Notes: generated by a model from the letters alone, not told the origin. A stretch of DNA of 29,531 nucleotides from Candidatus Woesearchaeota archaeon (GCA_964493885.1 CAZBPV010000001.1:66189-95719); one strand, 5' to 3'; shown: positions 9,529-16,180, counted from the first letter of the stretch. Numbers and translations: made by a program.

Positions 9529-10269
9529 TTAGAGACCTAACCTCTCTGCAAGTTTGTCTCCTGCCACTATCTCAGGAATAACTACCACTTTTGCACCTGC
9601 TTTTTTCAGTTTAGACACAAGCTTGTTGTTTTCACATCTTGCATAAATTTCAACTTCTGGATTAAGCTCTTTTGTAGTTAGTGTAATCATTATATTTGTT
9701 TCTGTTTTTGGAAGAGTAATAATTAATTTCTTTGCATCCTTGATTCCAGCTTTTAATAATACCTCTTCCTGTTCTGCATTCCCTTCCACTACAATGTATT
9801 TTTTTCTTTTCAAAGAAGCAACAACTTCAGGATTTATATCAGTAATCACAAATTTTTCCTTTTTCTCAGATAAAACTCTTGCAACCTCTTCACCAACTCT
9901 TCCACCTCCAGCAATAATTATATGTCCTTTCATATTCCTTAATATACAAGCATACAACTTTGTTTTTAAATATTTCTTTAAATTTCCAGCAAGAATCATG
10001 TCTGCAACACTCCACAACACCCACCAAATAAGAAAAACTCCAACTAATGCAAGAAATATCTCCAAAAGTCTTTCTTGCAATGAAGAAGATTCCTCAAACA
10101 TAAATGCAAGAGTTTGCAGTGTTCTTAAAAAAGAATCCTTAAAAGAAAACTGGCTGATAATAGTAAATCCAACAATTCCAATTATAAATACGCATAAAAT
10201 TGCCAAAAAGAAAATCTTTAATCTTTTAGGAAACTCTTCAATCTCTTTTATTTGCGCCCCTCTTGACAT
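9529..10269 (-). CDS. Two-TM membrane protein with a C-terminal RCK/TrkA-N NAD-binding domain (K+ channel-like, no selectivity filter)
   Basis: Rossmann motif IIIAGGGRVGEEVA preceded by two hydrophobic helices. I place the start at the ATG at 10269 (MSRGAQIKE..), not the track start at 10461, because the extra 64 aa are Cys/Phe-rich and a TATA-like box lies at about 10295-10305. Confidence 0.75.
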   Translation of the reverse strand: MSRGAQIKEIEEFPKRLKIFFLAILCVFIIGIVGFTIISQFSFKDSFLRTLQTLAFMFEESSSLQERLLEIFLALVGVFLIWWVLWSVADMILAGNLKKYLKTKLYACILRNMKGHIIIAGGGRVGEEVARVLSEKKEKFVITDINPEVVASLKRKKYIVVEGNAEQEEVLLKAGIKDAKKLIITLPKTETNIMITLTTKELNPEVEIYARCENNKLVSKLKKAGAKVVVIPEIVAGDKLAERLGL

Positions 10270-10520
10270 TTTTTCCTCTCTTAAATAAAGCATCAAAGCA
10301 TTTATAATTATTTCTAAAGCATGGTGATATTGAGCAAAAATTATTTCTAAAAAGAACCCAAGATTATTAAGAAGTTTAAATGAATTATTGCAAGCACAAG
10401 GATTAAGCCCTTCTTTAAAGAAAAGAGTTTTAAGACTGCATAAATCCAAGGATATTATCAAAGTAATTAAATCTCAATTAATCACAGATTCTCAAAAATT
10501 AGAAAGATTAAGAAACTTAG

Positions 10521-10594
10521 CTTATACTTGCCCAGTTTGATTGAACTTTTTCATTGCCTGCTCAAGAATAACTTGAGGCGCATACCCTTTTCTG
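10521..10594. repeat. Direct repeat copy A (74 bp), 72/74 identical to 11191-11264
   Basis: cttatacttgcccagtttgattgaactttttcattgcctgctcaagaataacttgaggcgcatacccttttctg read directly in the sequence. It differs from copy B only at two adjacent bases. Confidence 0.95.
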
Positions 10595-10644
10595 ATTACC
10601 TGGACTTTCCCACCTGAAACTTCTGTTGCTAAATCTTTTGCCAT
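10522..10644 (-). CDS. 40-aa ORF whose C-terminal 24 aa duplicate the RHH protein at 11192-11353; possibly a truncated or chimeric remnant
   Basis: My manual translation is MAKDLATEVSGGKVQVIRKGYAPQVILEQAMKKFNQTGQV*. It is below the ORF-track size cutoff and lacks the strand plus first helix of an RHH fold. Confidence 0.3.
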   Translation of the reverse strand: MAKDLATEVSGGKVQVIRKGYAPQVILEQAMKKFNQTGQV

Positions 10645-10690
10645 TTTATTGTTCTCAGAATTCACTGAGGTTAATCACCTCAAAATCTAT

Positions 10691-11134
10691 TTAGTATCTT
10701 CTGCTCCACTGGTTTGATGTAATATAGATTGTGTCTATGTTATCTTGGTTGTTTGCTGCTTTGAATACGAATCCTAAACTTCTGTCATACAGGAAAGGCA
10801 TGTCCAGATATAATTGATTAGCTATCTTTGTCATAAGAATCAATCTATCTCCTTCAGTATAATTTGCTGTGTTATATATATTAATAAATTTAGTATCTTT
10901 TACCTCACAATCAATTCCTGCAGGACAAGTTGTGTAATTTGCAACAATTGTGTTTAACTGATTATAATCTATTGGAATAATCTGCTGGCTGATGAATTTC
11001 TCAGTCATAATCTTGAATCCATCAACATACTCTTCTTTTGCACACGGGCATGGTTTTAGAACATAAAGGACAGCAAGTGTAACAGCAATTACAGCAAGCA
11101 AACCGCAGACAATCATTAATGTTTTATTATCCAT
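10691..11134 (-). CDS. Signal-anchored Cys-containing extracytoplasmic protein (147 aa), hypothetical
   Basis: ATG start. The N-terminal hydrophobic helix is LMIVCGLLAVIAVTLAVLYVL, followed by a domain containing 5 Cys. The gene lies exactly between the two 74-bp repeat copies. Confidence 0.6.
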   Translation of the reverse strand: MDNKTLMIVCGLLAVIAVTLAVLYVLKPCPCAKEEYVDGFKIMTEKFISQQIIPIDYNQLNTIVANYTTCPAGIDCEVKDTKFINIYNTANYTEGDRLILMTKIANQLYLDMPFLYDRSLGFVFKAANNQDNIDTIYITSNQWSRRY

Positions 11135-11190
11135 AAATTATAGAGTATACTATCATTTATAAGTGTTTTGAAAATCTATAGAAACTATAT

Positions 11191-11264
11191 CTTATATCTG
11201 CCCAGTTTGATTGAACTTTTTCATTGCCTGCTCAAGAATAACTTGAGGCGCATACCCTTTTCTG
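11191..11264. repeat. Direct repeat copy B (74 bp)
   Basis: cttatatctgcccagtttgattgaactttttcattgcctgctcaagaataacttgaggcgcatacccttttctg. Confidence 0.95.
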
Positions 11265-11353
11265 CTGCATGCTTTGGCAAAATCATCATAAACTGCTTGA
11301 TCTACATTATAATCAAGTTTTCTTTTCTTTGCTCCAGGTGGTGTTGCTGCCAT
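11192..11353 (-). CDS. Small ribbon-helix-helix (CopG/Arc-like) protein, 53 aa
   Basis: My manual translation is MAATPPGAKKRKLDYNVDQAVYDDFAKACSRKGYAPQVILEQAMKKFNQTGQI*. The pattern is a basic N-tail, a short strand (LDYNV), helix A, G, then helix B. It is below the ORF-track size cutoff. Confidence 0.55.
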   Translation of the reverse strand: MAATPPGAKKRKLDYNVDQAVYDDFAKACSRKGYAPQVILEQAMKKFNQTGQI

Positions 11354-11408
11354 AAAAGTATTTAGAATTATTAGGTATATAAATTAAATGTTTTGAATAC
11401 ATAGAAAA

Positions 11409-11500
11409 ACGCCCCAACCAAAGAGCTAACTATCTTGGCTTCTGAAGAATTGGGTTTTTACTATGAATTGTTGTTGATGTAGGGGATTTTTAAGAGTTGT
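11409..11500. repeat. Left copy of a ~90-bp imperfect direct repeat flanking the Fic gene; it starts with a tRNA-3'-end-like string
   Basis: acgccccaacca...atcttggc...tgggttttta.tatga.ttgttgttgatg..gggga.ttttaag.gttgt aligns by eye with 12549-12640 at roughly 80-85% identity with a 1-nt indel. Confidence 0.8.
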
Positions 11501-11538
11501 CAGTCACAGGGGAATAACTGGAGAATAGACGACTACAT

Positions 11539-12465
11539 TTATCTCTTTTTTCTCTTTTGTAGTCCCCCTTTGATTTCTTTTTTATACTGCTTTACTAAAA
11601 ATTCTAACATTGGTTTTATATCATGAAATTGAGAGTAAACTTGAAGCGCTTTGTAGTATCTCTGCCTATCTTCTAGATAAATATTAATTGGAGGATAGTT
11701 ATTCCTAATTAAAATATAATTTAATAACAATCTTCCGACTCTTCCATTGCCATCTTGAAAAGGGTGTATATGTTCAAATTGATTGTGCATTATTGTAGCC
11801 AATATTAAAGGATTAAATTTAGCCTTGTTTTCTTTATACCAAACAACTAATTCATTTAACGCATTATTTAGTTTATTTATAGGAGTTCCAATATGAATTA
11901 TTTCTCCATACGAGTTCTTTATAACTACCTGAACACCCCTAAACTTACCGGCAAATGATTTGGATTTCTCAAAACATAACTTATGCAGTTTAAGAAGAAA
12001 ATCAAGATTAATTTGCTCATTGGTATCTCGAATAAATTTTATTGCCCCTGCAACTCCCAAGGTTTCAAGCTCTTCCGCATCATTGGTTTTTGGTTTATCT
12101 TTTAATATTTCTTTAACTTCATTTAGTTCTACAGTTGAACCCTCAATTGCATTTGTGTTATAGACAAATTCCTCTGTAAATTTCTTCCAATCAGTGTTAT
12201 ACAAGTGAATTACATTAATTTCAGAGATTTTATTTAATCTTTCAATTTCTTTTGGAGTAAGCTCAAAATCAAAAACCTTTGTGTTATTTGCGTTTATTTG
12301 CTCAAGAATAAACTCTTTTGTATCTTCCTTTCTTTTTATTAATTCATTCTCAGATAAATCAACCCCGAGATACTTTCTAATTTTCTTAACCTTGCCCTTT
12401 TCTCTATAAGAGTGAGCAAGATAATACTTTACCTTCTTGCCTTCTTTTTTTTGTTCAATAAACAT
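11539..12465 (-). CDS. fic: Fic-domain protein (putative AMP-transferase) with an internal inhibitory motif
   Basis: Canonical Fic motif HPFQDGNGRVGR. An upstream (S/T)xxxE(G/N) inhibitory-helix motif is present as TNAIEG. 308 aa with an ATG start. Confidence 0.9.
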   Translation of the reverse strand: MFIEQKKEGKKVKYYLAHSYREKGKVKKIRKYLGVDLSENELIKRKEDTKEFILEQINANNTKVFDFELTPKEIERLNKISEINVIHLYNTDWKKFTEEFVYNTNAIEGSTVELNEVKEILKDKPKTNDAEELETLGVAGAIKFIRDTNEQINLDFLLKLHKLCFEKSKSFAGKFRGVQVVIKNSYGEIIHIGTPINKLNNALNELVVWYKENKAKFNPLILATIMHNQFEHIHPFQDGNGRVGRLLLNYILIRNNYPPINIYLEDRQRYYKALQVYSQFHDIKPMLEFLVKQYKKEIKGGLQKRKKR

Positions 12466-12548
12466 AATATATCTAGGGGACTACATTTTATAAATGTTGT
12501 TATTTGTAGTCGCCTAAAAATAGTGCAACGCCCCGTCAATGAGGTATT

Positions 12549-12640
12549 ACGCCCAACCGAACTTCTCACCATCTTGGCATCCTGAGGGAGTGGGTTTTTA
12601 GTATGATTTGTTGTTGATGGGGGGAATTTTTAAGGGTTGT
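12549..12640. repeat. Right copy of the ~90-bp direct repeat flanking the Fic gene
   Basis: acgcccaaccgaacttctcaccatcttggcatcctgagggagtgggtttttagtatgatttgttgttgatggggggaatttttaagggttgt. Confidence 0.8.
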
Positions 12641-12662
12641 GGACTATCTTGATGTGACAGAA

Positions 12663-12908
12663 TCATTGTTTCTTTTTATGATAAAAGTCTAACAAGATTA
12701 TTTTATCTTCTTGTTTTAGGTAAGTATAAGATAATCTAAATGGTTTGAGATATAACTCTTTTGTGCCCTTTCTAACATTTCTCATGGGTTTTCCTATTTC
12801 TGGATTATTGATTATCTTAACTATTAATTTCATTAATCGCTCTTTATAATTTGAGTCTAATTTACTGAATATTTTACTGAAGTTTGGATCATAATCAAGC
12901 TTCACCAT
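12663..12908 (-). CDS. RelE/ParE-family type II toxin
   Basis: 81 aa. It shows the ..NPEIGKPMRNVRKGTKELYLKPFRLSYTY....IILLDFYHKK pattern typical of RelE/ParE. It overlaps the upstream antitoxin gene by 7 nt (ATGGTGA). Confidence 0.8.
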   Translation of the reverse strand: MVKLDYDPNFSKIFSKLDSNYKERLMKLIVKIINNPEIGKPMRNVRKGTKELYLKPFRLSYTYLKQEDKIILLDFYHKKKQ

Positions 12909-13168
12909 TTTTTCATTTCTTTTAAGAAATCTTCAGAATCCATACTAATAAATTCTCCTCTTTCAAATTTTTTCCAAGCTTCTTCAGTTCTTTTGGCAAA
13001 ATCTAAATCTTCTTTAAGATTCTCATCCATATCACTAGCTTTTTTGAGAATTAATTTATCTCCTCCTTGAATAACTAGTATTTTTTCTCCTTCCTTAAAA
13101 TTTTGCCTCATTTCTTGAGGAATTACTATTTGTCCTTTAGAACTCATTCTTGTTATATTTATATCCAT
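12902..13168 (-). CDS. AbrB/SpoVT/MazE-type antitoxin
   Basis: The N-terminal SSKGQIVIPQEMRQNFKEGEKILV is a SpoVT-AbrB swapped-hairpin signature. The C-terminal half is acidic, and the gene is translationally coupled to the toxin. Confidence 0.8.
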   Translation of the reverse strand: MDINITRMSSKGQIVIPQEMRQNFKEGEKILVIQGGDKLILKKASDMDENLKEDLDFAKRTEEAWKKFERGEFISMDSEDFLKEMKKW

Positions 13169-13405
13169 AGTAAGATTAATCTTACACCATATTTAAATGT
13201 TTTGTTTTTCATGAAATCTCACAGAAACGTCAAAAAGGTATTACGCCCCCAGATGATTTTCAAATCATCGTGCGTTCGACAGCAAAGCTGGAATTTGTTT
13301 ACAAATTAGAACGCCCTAGTTCAAAACACAGTGTGGATTTGGACTAGTAGTTTTTTCAAGGAAATTACGCCCCAACCGAGCTTTATAGTAAAATGTTATC
13401 CTCAA

Positions 13406-13425
13406 GGGATTTCTTATGAAATCCC
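13406..13425. repeat. Perfect 8-bp inverted repeat with a 4-nt loop (gggatttc ttat gaaatccc), 24 nt beyond the tRNA-Glu 3' end
   Basis: Read directly in the sequence. A second perfect 8-bp palindrome, gatgattt tc aaatcatc, lies at 13252-13269. Confidence 0.7.
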
Positions 13426-13448
13426 ACCAAAATCACAAAATACTAAAA

Positions 13449-13521
13449 CGCCCCGACCGGGATTCGAACCCGGGTTCCAGCCTTGAAAGGGCTGTGTCCT
13501 TGGCCTCTAGACGAACGGGGC
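13449..13521 (-). tRNA. tRNA-Glu (anticodon UUC), 73 nt, no encoded CCA
   Basis: Manual cloverleaf of GCCCCGTTCGTCTAGAGGCCAAGGACACAGCCCTTTCAAGGCTGGAACCCGGGTTCGAATCCCGGTCGGGGCG. Anticodon stem CAGCC/GGCTG with loop CTTTCAA; T arm CCGGG-TTCGAAT-CCCGG. The acceptor stem has 6 GC pairs plus one U-U at 7:66. A T-tract follows. Confidence 0.85.
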
Positions 13522-13567
13522 TTGTTAGGTGTTATTTTAGAACACTTATTTTGTAAAAAGAAATTTG

Positions 13568-13575
13568 TTTATAAA
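13568..13575 (+). promoter_or_regulatory. TATA box (tttataaa) upstream of the 48-aa ORF
   Basis: Centred about 25 nt upstream of the ATG at 13597, consistent with a leaderless archaeal transcript. Confidence 0.4.
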
Positions 13576-13596
13576 GGTTGCTTTCTAGTATAAATT

Positions 13597-13743
13597 ATGC
13601 CAGATAAACTTGACAGATGTGTTGTTGATGTAGAAAAGAAAATCAAAAAAGGTGAGTTAGCTAAGGAGTATGAAGATAAGAAGACAGGCAAGACTAAGAA
13701 AACAAATCCTTATGCTATATGCAAAGCTAGAATGAATAAATAA
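13597..13743 (+). CDS. Small Lys-rich protein, 48 aa, hypothetical
   Basis: My manual translation is MPDKLDRCVVDVEKKIKKGELAKEYEDKKTGKTKKTNPYAICKARMNK*. The TATA box is at the correct spacing. It is below the ORF-track cutoff. Confidence 0.45.
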   Translation: MPDKLDRCVVDVEKKIKKGELAKEYEDKKTGKTKKTNPYAICKARMNK

Positions 13744-13761
13744 AAAAATAAAAATAAAGAA

Positions 13762-14202
13762 TTATTTTTTCTTGTCATACCAAGCAACGAATCCTATTGC
13801 AATCATATATAAGATTCCTCCTACTTGAGGGATTATTAATGATAAACTAAACCATCCTGGATATTTTCTTTTTTCAAAGATTTTCCAAGTAGCTATTATG
13901 CATAATACCATTAATACAATCCAACCTAAGACAGGTATTAGTATTAAAAATACCCAAGCCCAGTTAAATCCTCCTAATTGCAAAATCATTGCTATATTTG
14001 CAATTGGTATCCATGCAAGCCAAGATTTTTTATATTTTAGTTTATTTGCAATTGTCATCCACGCCATTGCAAAATAAATGTAAAATGCTAGGAATATAAT
14101 TAAAGCAACTGCTAGCCCAAGAGCTAGAATAGCTCCTCCAATAAATCCTCCTGCAAGTGATTGAGTCAATTGCGATACATTTTGTATTTGTTCTAAAGCC
14201 AT
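13762..14202 (-). CDS. Polytopic small membrane protein (about 4 TM), DUF5684-like pattern
   Basis: 146 aa. It has hydrophobic helices and the segment KKSWLAWIPIANIAMILQLGG..WAWVFLILIPVLGWIV...WKIFEKRKYPGWFSL, which resembles that family by eye. Confidence 0.6.
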   Translation of the reverse strand: MALEQIQNVSQLTQSLAGGFIGGAILALGLAVALIIFLAFYIYFAMAWMTIANKLKYKKSWLAWIPIANIAMILQLGGFNWAWVFLILIPVLGWIVLMVLCIIATWKIFEKRKYPGWFSLSLIIPQVGGILYMIAIGFVAWYDKKK

Positions 14203-14228
14203 TTTTTACCTCCTTTCAAATCTAAGAA

Positions 14229-14352
14229 TGAGCCTACACGGATTTGAACCGTGGACCCCCGCCTCTCTTAGACTTCTCTAAAAGATTCAGCAACCCTAAT
14301 GAATTGCAGTCATATAAGAGCGGTGCTCTAAACCAGGCTGAGCTATAGGCTC
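14229..14352 (-). tRNA. tRNA-Ile (anticodon UAU) with a 48-nt intron at the canonical 37/38 position. Exons 14313-14352 and 14229-14264; intron 14265-14312.
   Basis: Manual fold: acceptor GAGCCTA/TAGGCTC, D stem GCTC/GAGC, anticodon stem CCGCT/GGCGG, loop C-U-UAU-A-A after splicing, T arm CACGG-TTCAAAT-CCGTG. The intron forms an exact hBHBh' motif. The 4-bp helix is CTTA(32-35):TAAG(intron 43-46). It is flanked by the 3-nt bulges T36-A37-i1 and i47-i48-A38, each containing a splice site. The outer helix is GACT(i2-5):AGTC(i39-42). Confidence 0.85.
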
Positions 14353-14362
14353 ATTTGAATTA

Positions 14363-14384
14363 ATAGCCAGCCTGGTTTAGCACC
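14363..14384 (+). repeat. Inverted partial copy of the tRNA-Ile 5' part (positions about 7-30), 10 nt upstream of the tRNA 5' end
   Basis: The plus strand atagccagcctggtttagcacc matches the tRNA sense sequence ATAGCTCAGCCTGGTTTAGAGCACC with 3 single-base gaps. It is therefore complementary to the tRNA D-arm region if co-transcribed. Confidence 0.8.
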
Positions 14385-14434
14385 AGATTAACTATTTTAT
14401 TATTAAACTAAGGGAATTAACTATATAAAAATCT

Positions 14435-14893
14435 TTAGAATTTATGCTGTTCTTTTAATTTGTCATAATACTCTCTTTTTATTTTTTCTGTATTAAGATA
14501 ATCTTCGTCACATTCCTTAATTTCTATTTCTTTTAAATTGAAATCAAAAGAAACATTTAATATTATAACTCTGAAATATTTCTTTAATTCTTTGAAAAAA
14601 GCTATTTGATTTTTGGATAAGCCAGAATTGTTTGTTTTAACCTCTGCAAAAGAAACATCCTCATTTTTTTTACAGATAAAATCAGGAATTCCATTATTTT
14701 CTCTTAAAAGTTTTTTTATAAGAAATTTTTCATTTAAATCTCTTAAAAAATAATCAAGTAATCTTTCAGAACAATTATTTAAATTTAAGACATTGTATCC
14801 TCTTTCTTTTAAGACATATTTAGCATAAATTTCGCCTATTTGGCCTTTAAGTAACAATGCTCTCGCTTTTTTTATCTTCTCTTTTTCATTCAT
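14435..14893 (-). CDS. PD-(D/E)xK nuclease-fold protein, VRR-NUC-like
   Basis: 152 aa. It has GEIYAKYVLKERGY followed by GIPDFICKK.NEDVSFAEVKTNNSGLSKNQIAFF. This gives the PD...E-x-K catalytic pattern plus the LSxxQ element typical of VRR-NUC. Confidence 0.55.
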   Translation of the reverse strand: MNEKEKIKKARALLLKGQIGEIYAKYVLKERGYNVLNLNNCSERLLDYFLRDLNEKFLIKKLLRENNGIPDFICKKNEDVSFAEVKTNNSGLSKNQIAFFKELKKYFRVIILNVSFDFNLKEIEIKECDEDYLNTEKIKREYYDKLKEQHKF

Positions 14894-14979
14894 TTAAATA
14901 TTGGTTATTGCGTATTATTACATTTTTGTACATCTTAAACAGCACTAACTATTAAAATCTAAAGCAAAAAGAATTATTC

Positions 14980-15327
14980 TTAGATTCTCCAGATAATTGT
15001 TTCAAAGTCTTCATCAAATTCACTTAATAAGTTGTTGTTCTTTATATTTTTCTCTAATACTGTTCTTGCTTTGTTAGTAAAACAGTAGGTGCAAAGATTC
15101 ACCTTTTTTGCTCCACATACAATGCATGATGTATCTGCTGGAGTGTCTTCTGCGTCTCTGATAATTTGCATTAACTCTGACATTACTTCTCTTATTTCTT
15201 TAGTTGTAAGGTTCTTATCTCTTAGCCAGTAACCAATATGTCTTGCAAAACAAGATGGACAAATAGGGTTTGTCATTACCTGTACGCAGTCTGTGCAAAG
15301 GGCAGTTATTTTTACCATAATATACAT
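14980..15327 (-). CDS. Cys-rich putative zinc-binding protein (four CxxC pairs), hypothetical
   Basis: CTDC...CPSC in the N-terminal part and CIVCG...CTYC in the middle. An alternative start at 15318 (MVKIT) sits about 25 nt from a tatataaa box at 15343-15350. Confidence 0.55.
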   Translation of the reverse strand: MYIMVKITALCTDCVQVMTNPICPSCFARHIGYWLRDKNLTTKEIREVMSELMQIIRDAEDTPADTSCIVCGAKKVNLCTYCFTNKARTVLEKNIKNNNLLSEFDEDFETIIWRI

Positions 15328-15439
15328 AGGTATAAATTCTATATAAACAAGTGTAGTCTTTTAATGGACAAAGAAAGTAGTATCACTTTTTAATGCTAAA
15401 AGATAAAAATAATAAATAAATTTTTAAAAAGAGGTGATA

Positions 15440-16180
15440 TTAAACACTAATTTTTGCCTCTTCCCAAAGAATTTCAAAGTATCTTTTGTATGCATTTGCA
15501 ATTGCTTGATTTTCTATTGTAATAGTAAATATAGGCTCTTCCCAAAAATTTAAAAGAACAATATTTCCGCATATTAAAGTGGTGATTGTTGTATCAAAAA
15601 AAGAAGGAAGGTATCTTGCTTCAGTATATTCTAAATTATTAAGGTATTTTATTCTTTTATCTGCATTTTTATTATAAATATGCTTCATAATTATTTTTTT
15701 AGATATTCTTATCTTATGAAAATCTTCAATAAACCCTCCAATAACATCACTTACATCTTTTGGAATCCCATATACATAAATTATTTCATTTTTTTCCAGC
15801 AAGTTATTAAGAATTACCCTAAATGATTTAATTCCTTCAGACATTGTTACCCTTCTTTTTTCACTTGACTTAGTGTGGATTTTTTCTATTTCTGGAATAA
15901 TATTTTTTAAGTCATATTCTTTTTGTTTAAGATAATTTAATAGATTATTTGGAGTAATAGGATAAAATATTTTTCTATTGTCTTCAATGCTTTGACTCAC
16001 AATTCCCTTTTTTATCATTTTATCAAGTGTATCATAAACATTTGGACGATGAATTTTAGTTCTATTTGCAATCTCGTGAGCAGAAGAATGCCCTGCCCTG
16101 ATTAAATCAAGATAAATGATTATTTCATTTTTATGCAATCCGATTGATTCCAGTGTTTCTATTATTTTTTGTTCATCCAT
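15440..16180 (-). CDS. TrmB-family transcriptional regulator
   Basis: N-terminal TrmB wHTH pattern LESIGLHKNEIIIYLDLIRAGHSSAHEIANRTKIHRPNVYDTLDKMIKKGIV, followed by a C-terminal effector-type domain. The start overlaps the upstream gene's stop by 8 nt. Confidence 0.85.
   Translation of the reverse strand: MDEQKIIETLESIGLHKNEIIIYLDLIRAGHSSAHEIANRTKIHRPNVYDTLDKMIKKGIVSQSIEDNRKIFYPITPNNLLNYLKQKEYDLKNIIPEIEKIHTKSSEKRRVTMSEGIKSFRVILNNLLEKNEIIYVYGIPKDVSDVIGGFIEDFHKIRISKKIIMKHIYNKNADKRIKYLNNLEYTEARYLPSFFDTTITTLICGNIVLLNFWEEPIFTITIENQAIANAYKRYFEILWEEAKISV

Larger units (their letters stand above)
10521..13448. mobile_element. Putative decayed integration/accretion island downstream of tRNA-Glu (cassettes: RHH genes, Fic, RelE-AbrB); no integrase present
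   Basis: The island abuts the 3' end of tRNA-Glu. It contains several same-orientation tRNA-3'-end-like fragments and two sets of direct repeats bracketing individual genes. Gene content is toxin/antitoxin-like. Confidence 0.35.

Noticed and set aside
9740-10288. 182-aa plus-strand ORF
   Set aside because: It is entirely antisense to the RCK-domain gene, which has a clear Rossmann motif. The translation is Ser/Phe/Thr-rich without motifs.
10270-10461. N-terminal 64-aa extension of the RCK ORF as given in the track (start 10461)
   Set aside because: The extension is Cys/Phe/Asn-rich with no helix or signal logic. The internal ATG at 10269 is preceded by a TATA-like box and yields a standard 2TM-RCK protein.
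11168-11365. 65-aa plus-strand ORF overlapping the small RHH gene
   Set aside because: Its translation is Cys/Ile/Leu-rich. The opposite strand encodes a clean RHH pattern whose 3' end is duplicated at nucleotide level, which supports the minus-strand frame.
11960-12163. 67-aa plus-strand ORF inside fic
   Set aside because: It is antisense to a CDS that carries the canonical Fic motif.
11409-12640. Whether the ~90-bp repeats are C/D-box sRNA genes or a CRISPR-like array
   Set aside because: No RUGAUGA/CUGA box pairs occur on either strand. There are only two long copies, they are irregularly spaced (about 1140 bp apart), and there are no short uniform spacers, so this is not CRISPR.
13103-13309. 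68-aa plus-strand ORF
   Set aside because: Its first third is antisense to the AbrB-type antitoxin gene. The rest runs through the tRNA-fragment and palindrome region. There is no promoter and no motif.
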